A DNA stretch of 63,978 nt, filler included, from Chloroflexota bacterium (GCA_043754535.1; 3 parts of 3 records of this genome joined end to end with filler, not necessarily neighbours in it), one strand, 5' to 3'; positions 10,497-20,667 are shown, numbered from the whole stretch's first letter. Translations and numbers: made by a program. The notes: generated by a model from the sequence alone, not told the origin.

Positions 10497-11138
10497 ATGT
10501 TGAACCACAAGCAGAAGGCGGGTCGGGCAGCGAACGGGGTGCTGGTTGGGGTGGCTGTGCTGCTGGGGCTGGCGGTATTGGTTAGTGCTGGGTTGCTGCT
10601 CGGCTGGCTGGCTTTCGGTTGGCTGCCCGACTACCTGGTGGGCGTGGCGATGCTAACTTTCGGCCTGGCTCTGCTAACCAGCGACTTGTTTGTGGCTGGT
10701 CACGGTCTGCCTGCCAGCGTCGGGGTGGTTGCGCTGCTGCTGGGTGGGGGGCTGCTGTTCAGCACGGGCGGTGGCTGGCTGGCGGCGATAGGGCCGCTGC
10801 TACTTGGCCTGTCGCTCGTCTTCAGCCTCTTTTGTGCCTGGCTGGTAGTCAAGGCGGTAGAGGTGCAGCGGCTGCCCGCTAGCAGTGGCCGCGAGACGCT
10901 AATCGGCCAGTTGGCTGAGGTGCGGGTTGCCCTCGACCCTCAGGGCTTCGTCTATGCAGAGGGCGCGCTTTGGCGGGCTGTCTGCGCGGTTGGTTCGCTG
11001 CCAGTGGGGGCGCAGGTGCGGGTCACTGCGATCAGCGGCCTGACCTTGAGCGTCACCCCCCTGGCTAGCCTGCCTGCTGGCGGCCCTCCTTTGCCTGGGC
11101 AGCTTAGCGGCCAGTACGTAGAGCAAGATAGACTGTGA
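10497..11138 (+). CDS. NfeD family membrane protein (short form, no protease domain)
   Basis: 4-5 TM plus C-terminal OB-fold LIGQ.A.V...L.P.GFV..EGALWRA; precedes stomatin. Confidence 0.85.
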   Translation: MLNHKQKAGRAANGVLVGVAVLLGLAVLVSAGLLLGWLAFGWLPDYLVGVAMLTFGLALLTSDLFVAGHGLPASVGVVALLLGGGLLFSTGGGWLAAIGPLLLGLSLVFSLFCAWLVVKAVEVQRLPASSGRETLIGQLAEVRVALDPQGFVYAEGALWRAVCAVGSLPVGAQVRVTAISGLTLSVTPLASLPAGGPPLPGQLSGQYVEQDRL

Positions 11139-11171
11139 GAGTAAACGCGGGCGCACTGTGCGCTCAAGGAG

Positions 11172-12188
11172 ATGAAGATGAGGGATTTCGACTTTAGCAC
11201 TATCCCCTGGCAGTTGATCATCGGGGTTGTGGCGGTGGTACTGGTGCTATACGTGCTGCTCGCCGCCGTCCGCGTCTTGCAGGAGTACGAGCGCGGGGTA
11301 ATCTTCCGCCTGGGCCGCTACGGGGGCGTGACTGGGCCGGGGCTGGTGCTGATTATCCCCTTTGGTATTGACCGCCTGAAGACGGTCGACCTGCGCACCG
11401 TGACCACCGACGTGCCGGGGCAGGAGGTAATTACCCGCGACAATGTGACGATTCGGGTTAACGCGGTTCTCTACTTCCAGGTGCTTGACCCTAAACTGGC
11501 GGTAATCAAGGTAGTCAACTATGTGCAGGCGACCATGCAGATTGCCCAAACCACCTTGCGGAGCGTCCTCGGCGAGTCGGAGTTGGACGAGTTGCTGGCT
11601 AACCGCGAGCAGATCAACGAGAAGCTGCAAGTGATTATTGACCAGCAGACCGAACCCTGGGGCATTAAGGTGAGCATCGTCGAGGTGAAGGACATTGAAC
11701 TGCCGCAGACTATGCAGCGGGCAATGGCGAAGCAGGCCGAGGCCGAGCGCGAGAAGCGGGCGAAGATTATCAGTGCGGAAGGCGAGTTCCAGGCCAGCGC
11801 ACAACTGGCGAACGCAGCTCAGGTGTTGGCCCAGCAACCTGCCACTCTGCAACTGCGCTACCTGCAAACCCTAACCGAGATTGCCAGTGAGCGCAACAGC
11901 ACGATTATCTTCCCCATCCCGATTGAGTTCCTCAGTATGCTGAATGGGGCTGGCGGTAGCAACAATAGCAACAGTAATGGCGCGCAGATGATGCCGCTGC
12001 CGATGCAGCAGCCGACCGCTCCTGGCACTGCCTTGCAGCCACCGACTGCGCAGCCATTGGCGAGGCCGCTACAGCCGCTGGCGACCCCACAGCTTGCCGC
12101 GACCCAGCAGTTGCCGCAGCAGGAGCACCCTGTCAGCCGCTTCGACCCACTCACCGGCCAGCCGCTACCGCCAGAAGGCCAACGCTAA
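11172..12188 (+). CDS. SPFH/stomatin-like (slipin) protein with Q/P-rich tail
   Basis: [41 protein letters not shown]. Confidence 0.95.
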   Translation: MKMRDFDFSTIPWQLIIGVVAVVLVLYVLLAAVRVLQEYERGVIFRLGRYGGVTGPGLVLIIPFGIDRLKTVDLRTVTTDVPGQEVITRDNVTIRVNAVLYFQVLDPKLAVIKVVNYVQATMQIAQTTLRSVLGESELDELLANREQINEKLQVIIDQQTEPWGIKVSIVEVKDIELPQTMQRAMAKQAEAEREKRAKIISAEGEFQASAQLANAAQVLAQQPATLQLRYLQTLTEIASERNSTIIFPIPIEFLSMLNGAGGSNNSNSNGAQMMPLPMQQPTAPGTALQPPTAQPLARPLQPLATPQLAATQQLPQQEHPVSRFDPLTGQPLPPEGQR

Positions 12189-12191
12189 CCC

Positions 12192-13115
12192 TTGACTGTC
12201 CTGCCCGCCACAACCCCAGCCTGCCCCCGTTGTGGCGCAGCAAACAGCCGACCAACGGTTGCCTGCGCCCAGTGCGGGGGAGCTTTGTCACCCACCGGCT
12301 ACTCACCCTATGGCGGCTGGGCGGCAGCCCCCACCCAACCAGCTGCGCAGTGGACGACCTCGCCGCCTGCACCACTCAGTGCGCCGATCCCGCCGCGCCC
12401 CCGTTTGCGCCTGCCACGAGTGCAGATGCGCCCACCAGACCGCTTGCTGCTGCTCAGCGCAGGCCTGATCGTGCTGATGATTGGTAGCTTCGCCTTGATT
12501 GGCCTCAGCAACCAACGCAGCGGCCCATCTTCACCAGCCAGCATGGTAGCCACTGCGACCGCCTTCAGCAACTACGTGGCGACAGCAGATGCCAACTCAG
12601 CTTACTTCTCCACCCAAGTGGCAGCGATGGCGGAGACGGCCACGCCGCTGCTGCCGCCAACAACGCCCACAACGCAGCCCCCTGCCCTCACACCGACCGC
12701 CAGCCACCGCCTGACCCTGACCACCACGCAAGGGGTAATTACCGCCGATCTCTACCAGAACGTGGCACCGCAGGCGGTGGGCTGGCTGGTTGAGCGGGCG
12801 GTGGTGTGGCAGGGGCAAGGCTTCACCCTGGCAGCGGGTATGGTGCAGCTACGCCCGCCTAATCCGCCGCTAGTGACGGGCGCGGTGGGCAGTGCAACCT
12901 TCCAGCGCGGCACGCTGCTACTGCCGAGGGCTAGCAGCGGGTTCGTGGAAGCGACCAGCCTGACGATGCTCACCAGGCCGCCAGCGGAGCAGCTAGCCAA
13001 CCGCTACATGGCCGTTGGGCAGGTGACGAGCGGCCTGGCGGTGCTGGACAGCCTCACCGCCAGCGACCGGGTCGTTGGCCTACGCCTGGATGTTGTGTTT
13101 AGCAGCTTGCCGTAG
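12192..13115 (+). CDS. Zinc-ribbon + TM + degenerate cyclophilin-like domain protein
   Basis: CPRC...CAQC; single TM; TTTQGVITADLYQNVAPQAV and YMAVGQVTSGLAVLDSL resemble cyclophilin termini. Confidence 0.6.
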   Translation: MTVLPATTPACPRCGAANSRPTVACAQCGGALSPTGYSPYGGWAAAPTQPAAQWTTSPPAPLSAPIPPRPRLRLPRVQMRPPDRLLLLSAGLIVLMIGSFALIGLSNQRSGPSSPASMVATATAFSNYVATADANSAYFSTQVAAMAETATPLLPPTTPTTQPPALTPTASHRLTLTTTQGVITADLYQNVAPQAVGWLVERAVVWQGQGFTLAAGMVQLRPPNPPLVTGAVGSATFQRGTLLLPRASSGFVEATSLTMLTRPPAEQLANRYMAVGQVTSGLAVLDSLTASDRVVGLRLDVVFSSLP

Positions 13116-13300
13116 TGGCGGGCCGCCGGGCCTGCTCGTCAGCGGGAGTAGGCAGGGTTAGCAGCGGGCTAGTTTCCACCATGCCCAGGGGTAAGGTGAA
13201 ACCGAAACCAGAAACTAAACTCCAGCATCCATCCCCCCCTGGCGTGGTAGCGGCCACGTTCAACCCCCTGACTGCCGTAATGCTGCCCCCTAAGGGGTAG

Positions 13301-13328
13301 TTGACAACGATCAACACTGTGGTATAAT
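13301..13328 (+). promoter_or_regulatory. Consensus promoter TTGACA-N16-TATAAT with extended -10 TG
   Basis: Exact hexamers upstream of the DUF350 pair. Confidence 0.7.
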
Positions 13329-13416
13329 GCGGCGGGAACGAAGCAGGCGCACCGACAGCACACCCGCGCCCGCTAGCAGCTTCGCAGCAACCCAGGAAGG
13401 AAGGACGACGCGAGTG

Positions 13417-13818
13417 ATGCACGAACTTCTCAGCAGCACCTTGCAGCAGGGTGTCTACCTCAGCCAGCGGGTGATGGTGCAACTCAGCAGCCCCTTGCAG
13501 CAGACCGACACAACGACCTCCACAGTCGGCACGGCCCCCATCGGCGGCTTCACGCCCATTACCCCCGGAGGCACTGGCCGCAGCCTCTTTGACTTCGGCA
13601 AGTTCCTCAGCGATGCCCTCTATCTGTTTTTCTGGTCAATCGTGGGGGCGGTTGCCTTCGCCCTGGTCGCGGCCCTGGCGATGCGTATCTTCAACATCCT
13701 CACCCCTGGCATTGACGAGATGGCCGAACTCAAGCGCGGCAACATCGCAGTCGGTATCGTGATGATGGGCTTCCTGCTGACGATTGCCATTGTGGTCATC
13801 GCAGTGGTGATCAAGTAG
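13417..13818 (+). CDS. DUF350 domain membrane protein
   Basis: LTPGIDEMAELKRGNIAVGIV motif between two TMs; start uncertain. Confidence 0.8.
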   Translation: MHELLSSTLQQGVYLSQRVMVQLSSPLQQTDTTTSTVGTAPIGGFTPITPGGTGRSLFDFGKFLSDALYLFFWSIVGAVAFALVAALAMRIFNILTPGIDEMAELKRGNIAVGIVMMGFLLTIAIVVIAVVIK

Positions 13819-13835
13819 AAAGGAGGCGGTTAGGA

Positions 13836-14117
13836 ATGTACAACCTGTTCAACACTCTCGCTCAACTCAGCATCAACCAGGATGACCGCTTCAACAGCGC
13901 GCTTCGCAACGCGCTCTACGCCTTCGCCTGGACAATCCTGGGCATGATTATCTTCTCGGTAGTAATCTCTATCGCCATGCGCCTCTTTAGCGCACTCACC
14001 CCCGGCATTGACGAACTGGCCGAACTCCGCAACGGCAACGTCTCCGTCGCCCTGGTGATGTTCGCCTACCTCCTATCAGTCAGTGCTATCGTAGCGGCCC
14101 TGGTGCTGGCTAGCTGA
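13836..14117 (+). CDS. DUF350 domain membrane protein (paralog)
   Basis: LTPGIDELAELRNGNVSVALV; SD AGGAGG. Confidence 0.85.
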   Translation: MYNLFNTLAQLSINQDDRFNSALRNALYAFAWTILGMIIFSVVISIAMRLFSALTPGIDELAELRNGNVSVALVMFAYLLSVSAIVAALVLAS

Positions 14118-14244
14118 CCTGGAGCTAAGCCCAATTGGGCGCAAGCAGCCCGCTACCACTGTCACTCCGCGCAACCCATACCCTTGCCGCGAAGTGATAG
14201 TGATAGCACCCAACCCCAACCTCTACAGCTAGCCACTATTATCA

Positions 14245-14269
14245 CCAGTCTCTGCCACCGAGAGACTGG
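14245..14269. terminator. Hairpin between convergent genes
   Basis: Perfect 9-bp stem CCAGTCTCT/AGAGACTGG; no clear U-tract. Confidence 0.4.
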
Positions 14270-14287
14270 CTGTTGGCATGGGTTGTA

Positions 14288-16477
14288 CTAGCCAACATTG
14301 GGCTTGGCCTGCTCGTGGCTGCGCTCGGCGTAGTCATCGCTGGCGGAAGCCTCTAGTTCTAGCCACAGGCTGGCTGGGGGCGGAGACGGGGGCTGGTGGC
14401 TGGCAGTGAGCAGGCTAGCAAGCTCCTGCAACTGATCGGCGGCACTGCTAACCACGTGGCTGTAGCTAACCAGTTGCTGCCCAGCCGCCGCCAGCGAGTC
14501 TACTGTCTTGACCGCCACCAGGCTACCATCGCGCTGCTGGCTGGTCTCCTGCGCAATGATGCTCGCGCTGTCGTCCAACTGGCCGATAGTATCGCTAACC
14601 ACCTGCATGATAGATTGCAAGATGTTACCCTGCTGCACCCCCTCGCTAATCGCCAACTGGCCGCGCTCGGTCGCCTCTGCCGCCCTACGGATGCCACCCT
14701 GCACCTCGCTAAGGCTAGCCTGCGCGTTCTCGGCTGCCACCGCAGCAGCAGCCGCCAACTGCTGCACCTGGCGGGCGATAGCTGCGAACCGCTTGCCTGC
14801 CGCCCCCGCCCCGCTAGCCTCGATGGTCGCGTTGAGGGCTAGCAGATGAGTCTCCTCGGCGATGCGGTTCACCTCAGCAATAATCGCGCTGATTGCCCCG
14901 CTGTTGCGTACCTGCCGCTGGGTAATGCTAACCAGGCTTTCGCTCTCGGCTCGCAGCCGCTTGAGGACGCTCTGGCTCTGCTCAACCGCCAACTGCCCCT
15001 GCGCCTGCTCGCGCAACAAGGTCGCGGCCACTGCTGCCACCTGCTCGCCGTAGCGGGCGATGCGGGCCGCCGACTGGCTAAGCTGGCTGAAGGTGGCCGC
15101 TATCTCACGCAGGCTGGCAGCCTGTTCAGCGGCCAGTGCCTCCTGCTGCTCGGCACTGAGGCTGAGGCCACCCGCCGAACCCTGCAACCGAAGGCTAACC
15201 TGCTGCTGCTGGCTCTGCCGCCGCTCTCGCTCCTGCTGCAAGCTGTCCACCCGACCTACCATCTGGTTGAAGCCCTGACCCAGTTCGCCAATCTCGCTTG
15301 CGTCAGTCGGCACGCGGGCAGTGAAGTCGCCCACTGCCACCCTGCTCATCGCCTGGTTGAGGCGGCGCAGCGGACGCAGGAACAGCAGGCGGAAGATGCC
15401 GACCACCAGGAAGACAATCACTGCCCCCAGGCTGATCGAACTAAGCGCACTGTTGAACAGCAGTTGGCGGGTGCTGGCATAGGCGAAGCTGGTTGGCGCA
15501 GCCCGAACTACCCCCCAGTGCAGCCGGTTGACCGCCGCTATCGCCGCCACATCGTTGTTAGCATGAGCAAAGTCGCGTTGCAATGGCACGAACGAAAGGA
15601 CGGTCTGGCTGGGCAAGCCATTTGCGTCCTGCGCCAACTCTGCGGTCAACATCTGGCTGCTGGTCAGGTAGCTGCTCCAACTGGCGGTCAGGTTGTCGCG
15701 GATGTCAGGGCGGCTGCTGAGGATTACGTTGCCACTGCTACTAACAAGGAAGGCCTGTTCGGGTGGGGTGAGGCTCTGTGCGCCCCCCATAGTAGCAACA
15801 GTAACTTGCTCAAGGTTAAAGCCGACGATGAGCAGCCCACCATCACCAGGCTGGTCGGCGCGGGGTGGCTGCACTGTAGCAACAATCAACACCAGATTGG
15901 GGGGTAGACCAGCCGCGATGTTGTCCTCTGGGGGGATAATCGTCACTGGGGCAATGCGGGTACCTAGCGTGTAGTACCACTCGAAGGCTCGCAGGTCGAA
16001 GTGCGGCCAGGCTGCGGTAGTCAGGCCAATCAGTGGCCCACCACGCCGGGCGTAGACGGCAAATACGCGGTTGGGCAGGCGGTCAACGTACTGTCTGAGC
16101 AGGCCGCTCACCCTGCCATTGAGGTAGCTGGTGTGCAGCGGGCCGCCTGAACCCTCCTGCTCCCAGGTAGTGGCAGCCTCCTGCATGGCACTGGCATTGA
16201 GCGGGGCAAGGGCGAGGGCGTTGCTCAAGGCGGGTGCCTCGGCCAGGGTAGCCAGCCGCTCACCCTCCTCGACCAGGATAGTCGCCAGTTCGTTGGCGCG
16301 GGCAGCGGCCCAGACGCGCTGTTCGCCCTGCACCCGCGCTCGCAGGTCGTCAGCCGCGCGCTGGTAGCCAAAGTAGCCGAGGGCAAAGGAGGCAGGCACA
16401 ATCACCAGCAGCAGCAGCAGGATGAACCTGAACAGCAGAGAAGCAAAGACCCGTTGCCTGCCACTGTTACCTCTCAC
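14288..16477 (-). CDS. Methyl-accepting chemotaxis protein (TM-Cache-like sensor-TM-HAMP-signalling)
   Basis: Two TMs; HAMP LRPLRRL...GDF...EIGELGQGFNQM; IAEETHLLALNATIEA. Confidence 0.9.
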   Translation of the reverse strand: MRGNSGRQRVFASLLFRFILLLLLVIVPASFALGYFGYQRAADDLRARVQGEQRVWAAARANELATILVEEGERLATLAEAPALSNALALAPLNASAMQEAATTWEQEGSGGPLHTSYLNGRVSGLLRQYVDRLPNRVFAVYARRGGPLIGLTTAAWPHFDLRAFEWYYTLGTRIAPVTIIPPEDNIAAGLPPNLVLIVATVQPPRADQPGDGGLLIVGFNLEQVTVATMGGAQSLTPPEQAFLVSSSGNVILSSRPDIRDNLTASWSSYLTSSQMLTAELAQDANGLPSQTVLSFVPLQRDFAHANNDVAAIAAVNRLHWGVVRAAPTSFAYASTRQLLFNSALSSISLGAVIVFLVVGIFRLLFLRPLRRLNQAMSRVAVGDFTARVPTDASEIGELGQGFNQMVGRVDSLQQERERRQSQQQQVSLRLQGSAGGLSLSAEQQEALAAEQAASLREIAATFSQLSQSAARIARYGEQVAAVAATLLREQAQGQLAVEQSQSVLKRLRAESESLVSITQRQVRNSGAISAIIAEVNRIAEETHLLALNATIEASGAGAAGKRFAAIARQVQQLAAAAAVAAENAQASLSEVQGGIRRAAEATERGQLAISEGVQQGNILQSIMQVVSDTIGQLDDSASIIAQETSQQRDGSLVAVKTVDSLAAAGQQLVSYSHVVSSAADQLQELASLLTASHQPPSPPPASLWLELEASASDDYAERSHEQAKPNVG

Positions 16478-16507
16478 AAGTGTTCTCTCTCCTTCCTCCC
16501 TACCGCT

Positions 16508-16966
16508 CTACTTGATTGGCGGGCCAGCCAGCCAGTCGTAGCCAATCTCAGCGTCATCGTAGGGGATGCGCCCCTCCTCGGCAAGGTCGTAGGTGTTGGA
16601 GGTAACGTACATCAGGTGGGTGGGGCCAGTCAGGGCTTTGCAGCCATGCGCTACGCCCGCCGGTATCTTCAGCACCTTGTAGCCATGCCCGTCGCCCAGG
16701 TAGAGGGTGTCACTCTGCTTGTAAGTCGGCGAGTGGGGGCGGGTGTCGTAGAGGCCAACCTTCAGTACCCCCAGCGGCACGTACCACCAATCTATCTGCT
16801 GGGGGTGGATGTGCCAGGCCTTGATCACTCCCTGGTGCATCAACGAGTGGCTGAACTGGCCGAACCCCTCGGCGAAGAACGGGTCGTTGACCCGAATCAC
16901 TTCGCGGAAGAAGCCGCGCTCGTCGGGGTAAGTGGTCAGCTCCTTAACTTCAACGCCATCAATCAT
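16508..16966 (-). CDS. dTDP-4-dehydrorhamnose 3,5-epimerase (RmlC-like cupin) family
   Basis: MIDGV, DERGFFRE, KAWH.H, D.RPHSPTY, IPAGVAHG. Confidence 0.85.
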   Translation of the reverse strand: MIDGVEVKELTTYPDERGFFREVIRVNDPFFAEGFGQFSHSLMHQGVIKAWHIHPQQIDWWYVPLGVLKVGLYDTRPHSPTYKQSDTLYLGDGHGYKVLKIPAGVAHGCKALTGPTHLMYVTSNTYDLAEEGRIPYDDAEIGYDWLAGPPIK

Positions 16967-17059
16967 CCTGTCTCTCTCCTTCGCAATATTCCTGCCTATT
17001 ATACAGGGGGCAGTGGCAGGCGGCAAGCGGCTTGAGACGGACTATGCCTGATGGTACTC

Positions 17060-19189
17060 CTACATTCGTGTCTCCAGCCGCTCGGCAAGGTGTTGCAGTT
17101 CGTTGGCCGCGCTGCCAACCGCCTGGCTATAGCTGACCAGTTGTTGGCTGGCAGCAGCGAGAGCCTCAACCGCATTGTTGGCGGTGATGCTACCCTCCTT
17201 CTGCTGGCGGGTCTCCAACTCAATAGTCTGCGTCGAGTCGTTCAACTGCTCAATCCGCTGGCCGAGGATGAGCATCACCGACTCCAGAGTTCTGCCCTGC
17301 TGCACTCCCTCGCTAATCGCTGCCTGTTCGCGTCCTGTAGCCTCAACAGCCCTTTGGATGCCGCCCTGCACCTCGCTGAGGCTGGCCTGCGCGTTCTCGG
17401 CTGCCACCGCTGCGGCTGTCGCCAACTGCTGCACCTGGCGGGCGATAGCTGCGAACCGCTTGCCTGCCGCCCCCGCCCCACTAGCCTCGATGGTCGCGTT
17501 GAGGGCTAGCAGGTGGGTCTCCTCGGCGATGCGGTTCACCTCGGCAATCACTGCACTGATCGCCCAGCTGTTGCGTACCTGCCGCTGGGCGATGCTGACC
17601 AGGCTTTCGCTCTCGGTTCGTAGCCGCTTGAGGACGCTCTGGCTCTGCTCGACTGCCATCCGCCCTGCCTCCTGCTCGCGCAGCAAGTCGGTTGAGACAT
17701 GGGCTACCTGTTCGCCATAGCGTGCAATCCGCTCGGCAGAACGATTTAGTTGGCCGAAGGTGGCAGCGATTTCGCGCAGGCTAGCGGCTTGCTCGCTGGC
17801 GAAGGCACGCTGCTGCTGCGCACTCTGGTTCAGGTCGCCCGCCGAACCCTGCAACTGACGGCTGACCTGCTGCTGCTGGCTCTGCCGCCGCTCCCGCTCC
17901 CGCTGCAAGCTGTCCACGTCGCCCACCATCTGGTTGAAGCCCTGGCCCAGTTCGCCAATCTCGCTTGCGTCAGTCGGCACGCGGGCAGCGAAGTCGCCCA
18001 CTGCCACCCTGCTCATCGCCTGGTTGAGGCGGCGCAGGGGGCGTAGGAACAGCAGACGGAAGATACCGATTACCACAAAGATTAGCACGGCGGCCAGCAC
18101 TACCGTGCCGAGGACTGAGTTGCTAAGCTGGCTCTCCAACCCCCTGTAAGCGGCGGCAGTGGGGGTGGCTCGCACGACCGACCAGCGCAGTTCGGTCAGG
18201 GCATTGATGATCAGCGGATCAAGCTCTCCCACATCCTCATCAGAGAGCGAAAGCGAGGAGTAGGAGACGAGCGTGGGGACGGCCTGCCCTTCGGCATCCA
18301 GCGGGCTGACGAAGCTCTGGCCCTCGATAGTAGGCTGGCCGATCTGCTGCATCCACGCTGCACTCAACTGGCTGGTAGTAACGGTGGACGCTCCCCCCCT
18401 ACTTACAACCAGCCCTTCACCATCTACCAACCACGAGCTATCGCCATCGGTCGGGTCTAGCCGCAAGATGCGCTGGCTGAGGCGATCCATGTTGATGCCC
18501 ACCGCCAGCAAGCCACGTGAGGAGTTGGCGTTGATGCTAGCCACTGGCACGATCAGCACCGCTATGTTGTTGCCGATGCCCTCGATGTTCTGGTGGGAGA
18601 CGATCTCCACTGCGCCAGTAAGCGGACGCGGCCACCAGCCGAAGCCTTGCAGGTCGGCCTGCGGCCAGTAGGTTGTATTGACGGCTAGTAGTGCGCCCTG
18701 GTTGTTGGCGAGCAAGGCGAAGGCCTGGGTGTTACTGTTGGTGTATAGACTGAGGATTGTGCCTGCCCCGTTGTTGACGTAGAGTGGGCGGAACTTATCC
18801 TTGCCAACTGCGTCTTGCCGCCAGCGTTCGCGCAAGTCAGCGAAAGCAGCGGGGGTCACAGTGCGGGTTACTTCAGTCTGGATCGACGAATCGCGGGTCA
18901 GAATCCGCATACTGCGTAGCTCGCGGGTGATGAAGCCACTCATGCTGTCGCTACGACCAGCAGCCCAGGTCGCCTGCACCGAGGCCGCCTGCTTGCGGAT
19001 CAGTTCGGCCACCCTGCCGTAGCTGAATTGACCGACCGCAATGGAAATCGGCACAATAACCAGCAGCAACAGGAGAATCAGCCTGAAAAGGAGGGAGGAG
19101 GTTAGGTGGCGGGTAGCAGTGCGGGTTTGCAAGGTAGCCTCGGCTTGTCCAGGTGAGGGCGTAACCAGGCAGCCAGTTGCTCTACTCAC
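17060..19189 (-). CDS. Methyl-accepting chemotaxis protein, paralog of 14288-16477
   Basis: Same architecture; near-identical HAMP and signalling region. Confidence 0.9.
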   Translation of the reverse strand: MSRATGCLVTPSPGQAEATLQTRTATRHLTSSLLFRLILLLLLVIVPISIAVGQFSYGRVAELIRKQAASVQATWAAGRSDSMSGFITRELRSMRILTRDSSIQTEVTRTVTPAAFADLRERWRQDAVGKDKFRPLYVNNGAGTILSLYTNSNTQAFALLANNQGALLAVNTTYWPQADLQGFGWWPRPLTGAVEIVSHQNIEGIGNNIAVLIVPVASINANSSRGLLAVGINMDRLSQRILRLDPTDGDSSWLVDGEGLVVSRGGASTVTTSQLSAAWMQQIGQPTIEGQSFVSPLDAEGQAVPTLVSYSSLSLSDEDVGELDPLIINALTELRWSVVRATPTAAAYRGLESQLSNSVLGTVVLAAVLIFVVIGIFRLLFLRPLRRLNQAMSRVAVGDFAARVPTDASEIGELGQGFNQMVGDVDSLQRERERRQSQQQQVSRQLQGSAGDLNQSAQQQRAFASEQAASLREIAATFGQLNRSAERIARYGEQVAHVSTDLLREQEAGRMAVEQSQSVLKRLRTESESLVSIAQRQVRNSWAISAVIAEVNRIAEETHLLALNATIEASGAGAAGKRFAAIARQVQQLATAAAVAAENAQASLSEVQGGIQRAVEATGREQAAISEGVQQGRTLESVMLILGQRIEQLNDSTQTIELETRQQKEGSITANNAVEALAAASQQLVSYSQAVGSAANELQHLAERLETRM

Positions 19190-19298
19190 CGCTGGCTACA
19201 CCTATATGATAGCACACCCTGTCAATGCTGCTGTTTTGCTGCCCTGCAACCAAACCAAAAGCCCCCGTCCTCAGAAGAAGGACTGGCAAGCTGGCTGG

Positions 19299-20465
19299 TT
19301 AGTAGTGGACAATCACCGGGGTGCCAACATTGGCAAAGTTCTTGTAGAGCCAGGTTGAGGCCGGGGTGGTGGCATTGATGCAACCATGGCTGTGTGGCCT
19401 GCCAAAATCGTCATGCCAGAAGGTGCCGTGGATCGCTTCACCAGTCAGGTTGAAGTACTGGGGGTACGGTACATCGGCCAGCTTATAATATTCGGGCGAG
19501 AACTTGTCCACCTCGCGGTTCTCCATCGTCTGCTTCTCCAGGCGATAGTAAATCTTCCAGCGACCGACATTGGTGGTGTGCGAGATTGTGCCACTGCTAA
19601 TCAGGGTTTGCAACACAGGGTTCTGGCCCTCGAAGGCGGTGAGCGTCTGCTGCGTGAGGTTGACATCAATCCAGCGGCCCACTAGCCGTTGCTGGGGGAC
19701 TGGTATCTTGATCGGCCCGCCCAACTTGACCAGGCTAGAGTGCATATAGTAGTCGCGCTCCCGCTCTGGCTGGATGCCAACCTTGTACCAGATGTTGTTG
19801 CCGTTGATATTATCGCCAACCACCGTGCCGTAGATCATCACCACCCGCCCAGGCCGCCAAGTAGTAAGCAGGGTGCCAGTGACGCTGGGGGCAGAGCGCA
19901 CATTGCCGCCGGTGGGAGCCACGCCAAGCGAGATGCCGACCGAGTTGGTGAAGGTGAAGGTGGGGCCGGGCCTGGTCGGCGTGATTGGCCTGGTTGTGGT
20001 CGGCACTGGTTGCGCGGCCACTGCGGTCGGGGTCGCTAGGGTCACGGCGGTGCTGGTCGGCAATGGTTGTCGCTGCCCAGGCTGGTTCTCCTCCTGGTTC
20101 TCCGTCGCGGTCGGCAGGGCGGGGCGGGCAGTTGCGCTGGCCGAAGGCTGCTGGCTAGCAACACGCAGAAACTCGCCGCTAGCCCAGCCGCTCAGGCTGC
20201 CGCTGCTAAGGGGATACCAGCCAAAGCTAGCTGCCCCGGTGACGGCGGCAACTTCACCCTGCTTGAGGATGCCAAGCGATGGGTTGCTCCGGGCTGGGCC
20301 AGAGCGCAAGTTCATGTCCACAAGCGGGCTGACAAGCTGGCCGACCGCAAAACCAGCCACTTGGGCCTGGCTGGCTGGTGCGCCAAGCGTAAGCACAGCC
20401 AGCAACAAGGCCACCACTGCCAACCCCGCTCCAACCTTGTAGGTGTTCGACTTCCTATGCTTCAC
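19299..20465 (-). CDS. Secreted L,D-transpeptidase (YkuD family) with SH3b-like domains
   Basis: Signal peptide; MNLRSGP...GWASGEFL SH3b; WIDVNLTQQ, IHGTFWH, SHGCIN catalytic motif. Confidence 0.9.
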   Translation of the reverse strand: MKHRKSNTYKVGAGLAVVALLLAVLTLGAPASQAQVAGFAVGQLVSPLVDMNLRSGPARSNPSLGILKQGEVAAVTGAASFGWYPLSSGSLSGWASGEFLRVASQQPSASATARPALPTATENQEENQPGQRQPLPTSTAVTLATPTAVAAQPVPTTTRPITPTRPGPTFTFTNSVGISLGVAPTGGNVRSAPSVTGTLLTTWRPGRVVMIYGTVVGDNINGNNIWYKVGIQPERERDYYMHSSLVKLGGPIKIPVPQQRLVGRWIDVNLTQQTLTAFEGQNPVLQTLISSGTISHTTNVGRWKIYYRLEKQTMENREVDKFSPEYYKLADVPYPQYFNLTGEAIHGTFWHDDFGRPHSHGCINATTPASTWLYKNFANVGTPVIVHY

Positions 20466-20667
20466 ATTTACCTCCTGGATTGCACGTTTGTTTCATAGAC
20501 TATAACGTAGGAACAGCACAATAGTCACCTTATTATACGCTATTTGCGCACGCTTAGTTCCCCACGGGGCGGTGGTTTGTCAACTATGTAGGGCAATTCG
20601 CTTGGCTGCGCCCAACCCAGTGGCAGATCGCCCTTTGCCGCTACGCAATTACGTTGCATAAAGATGC

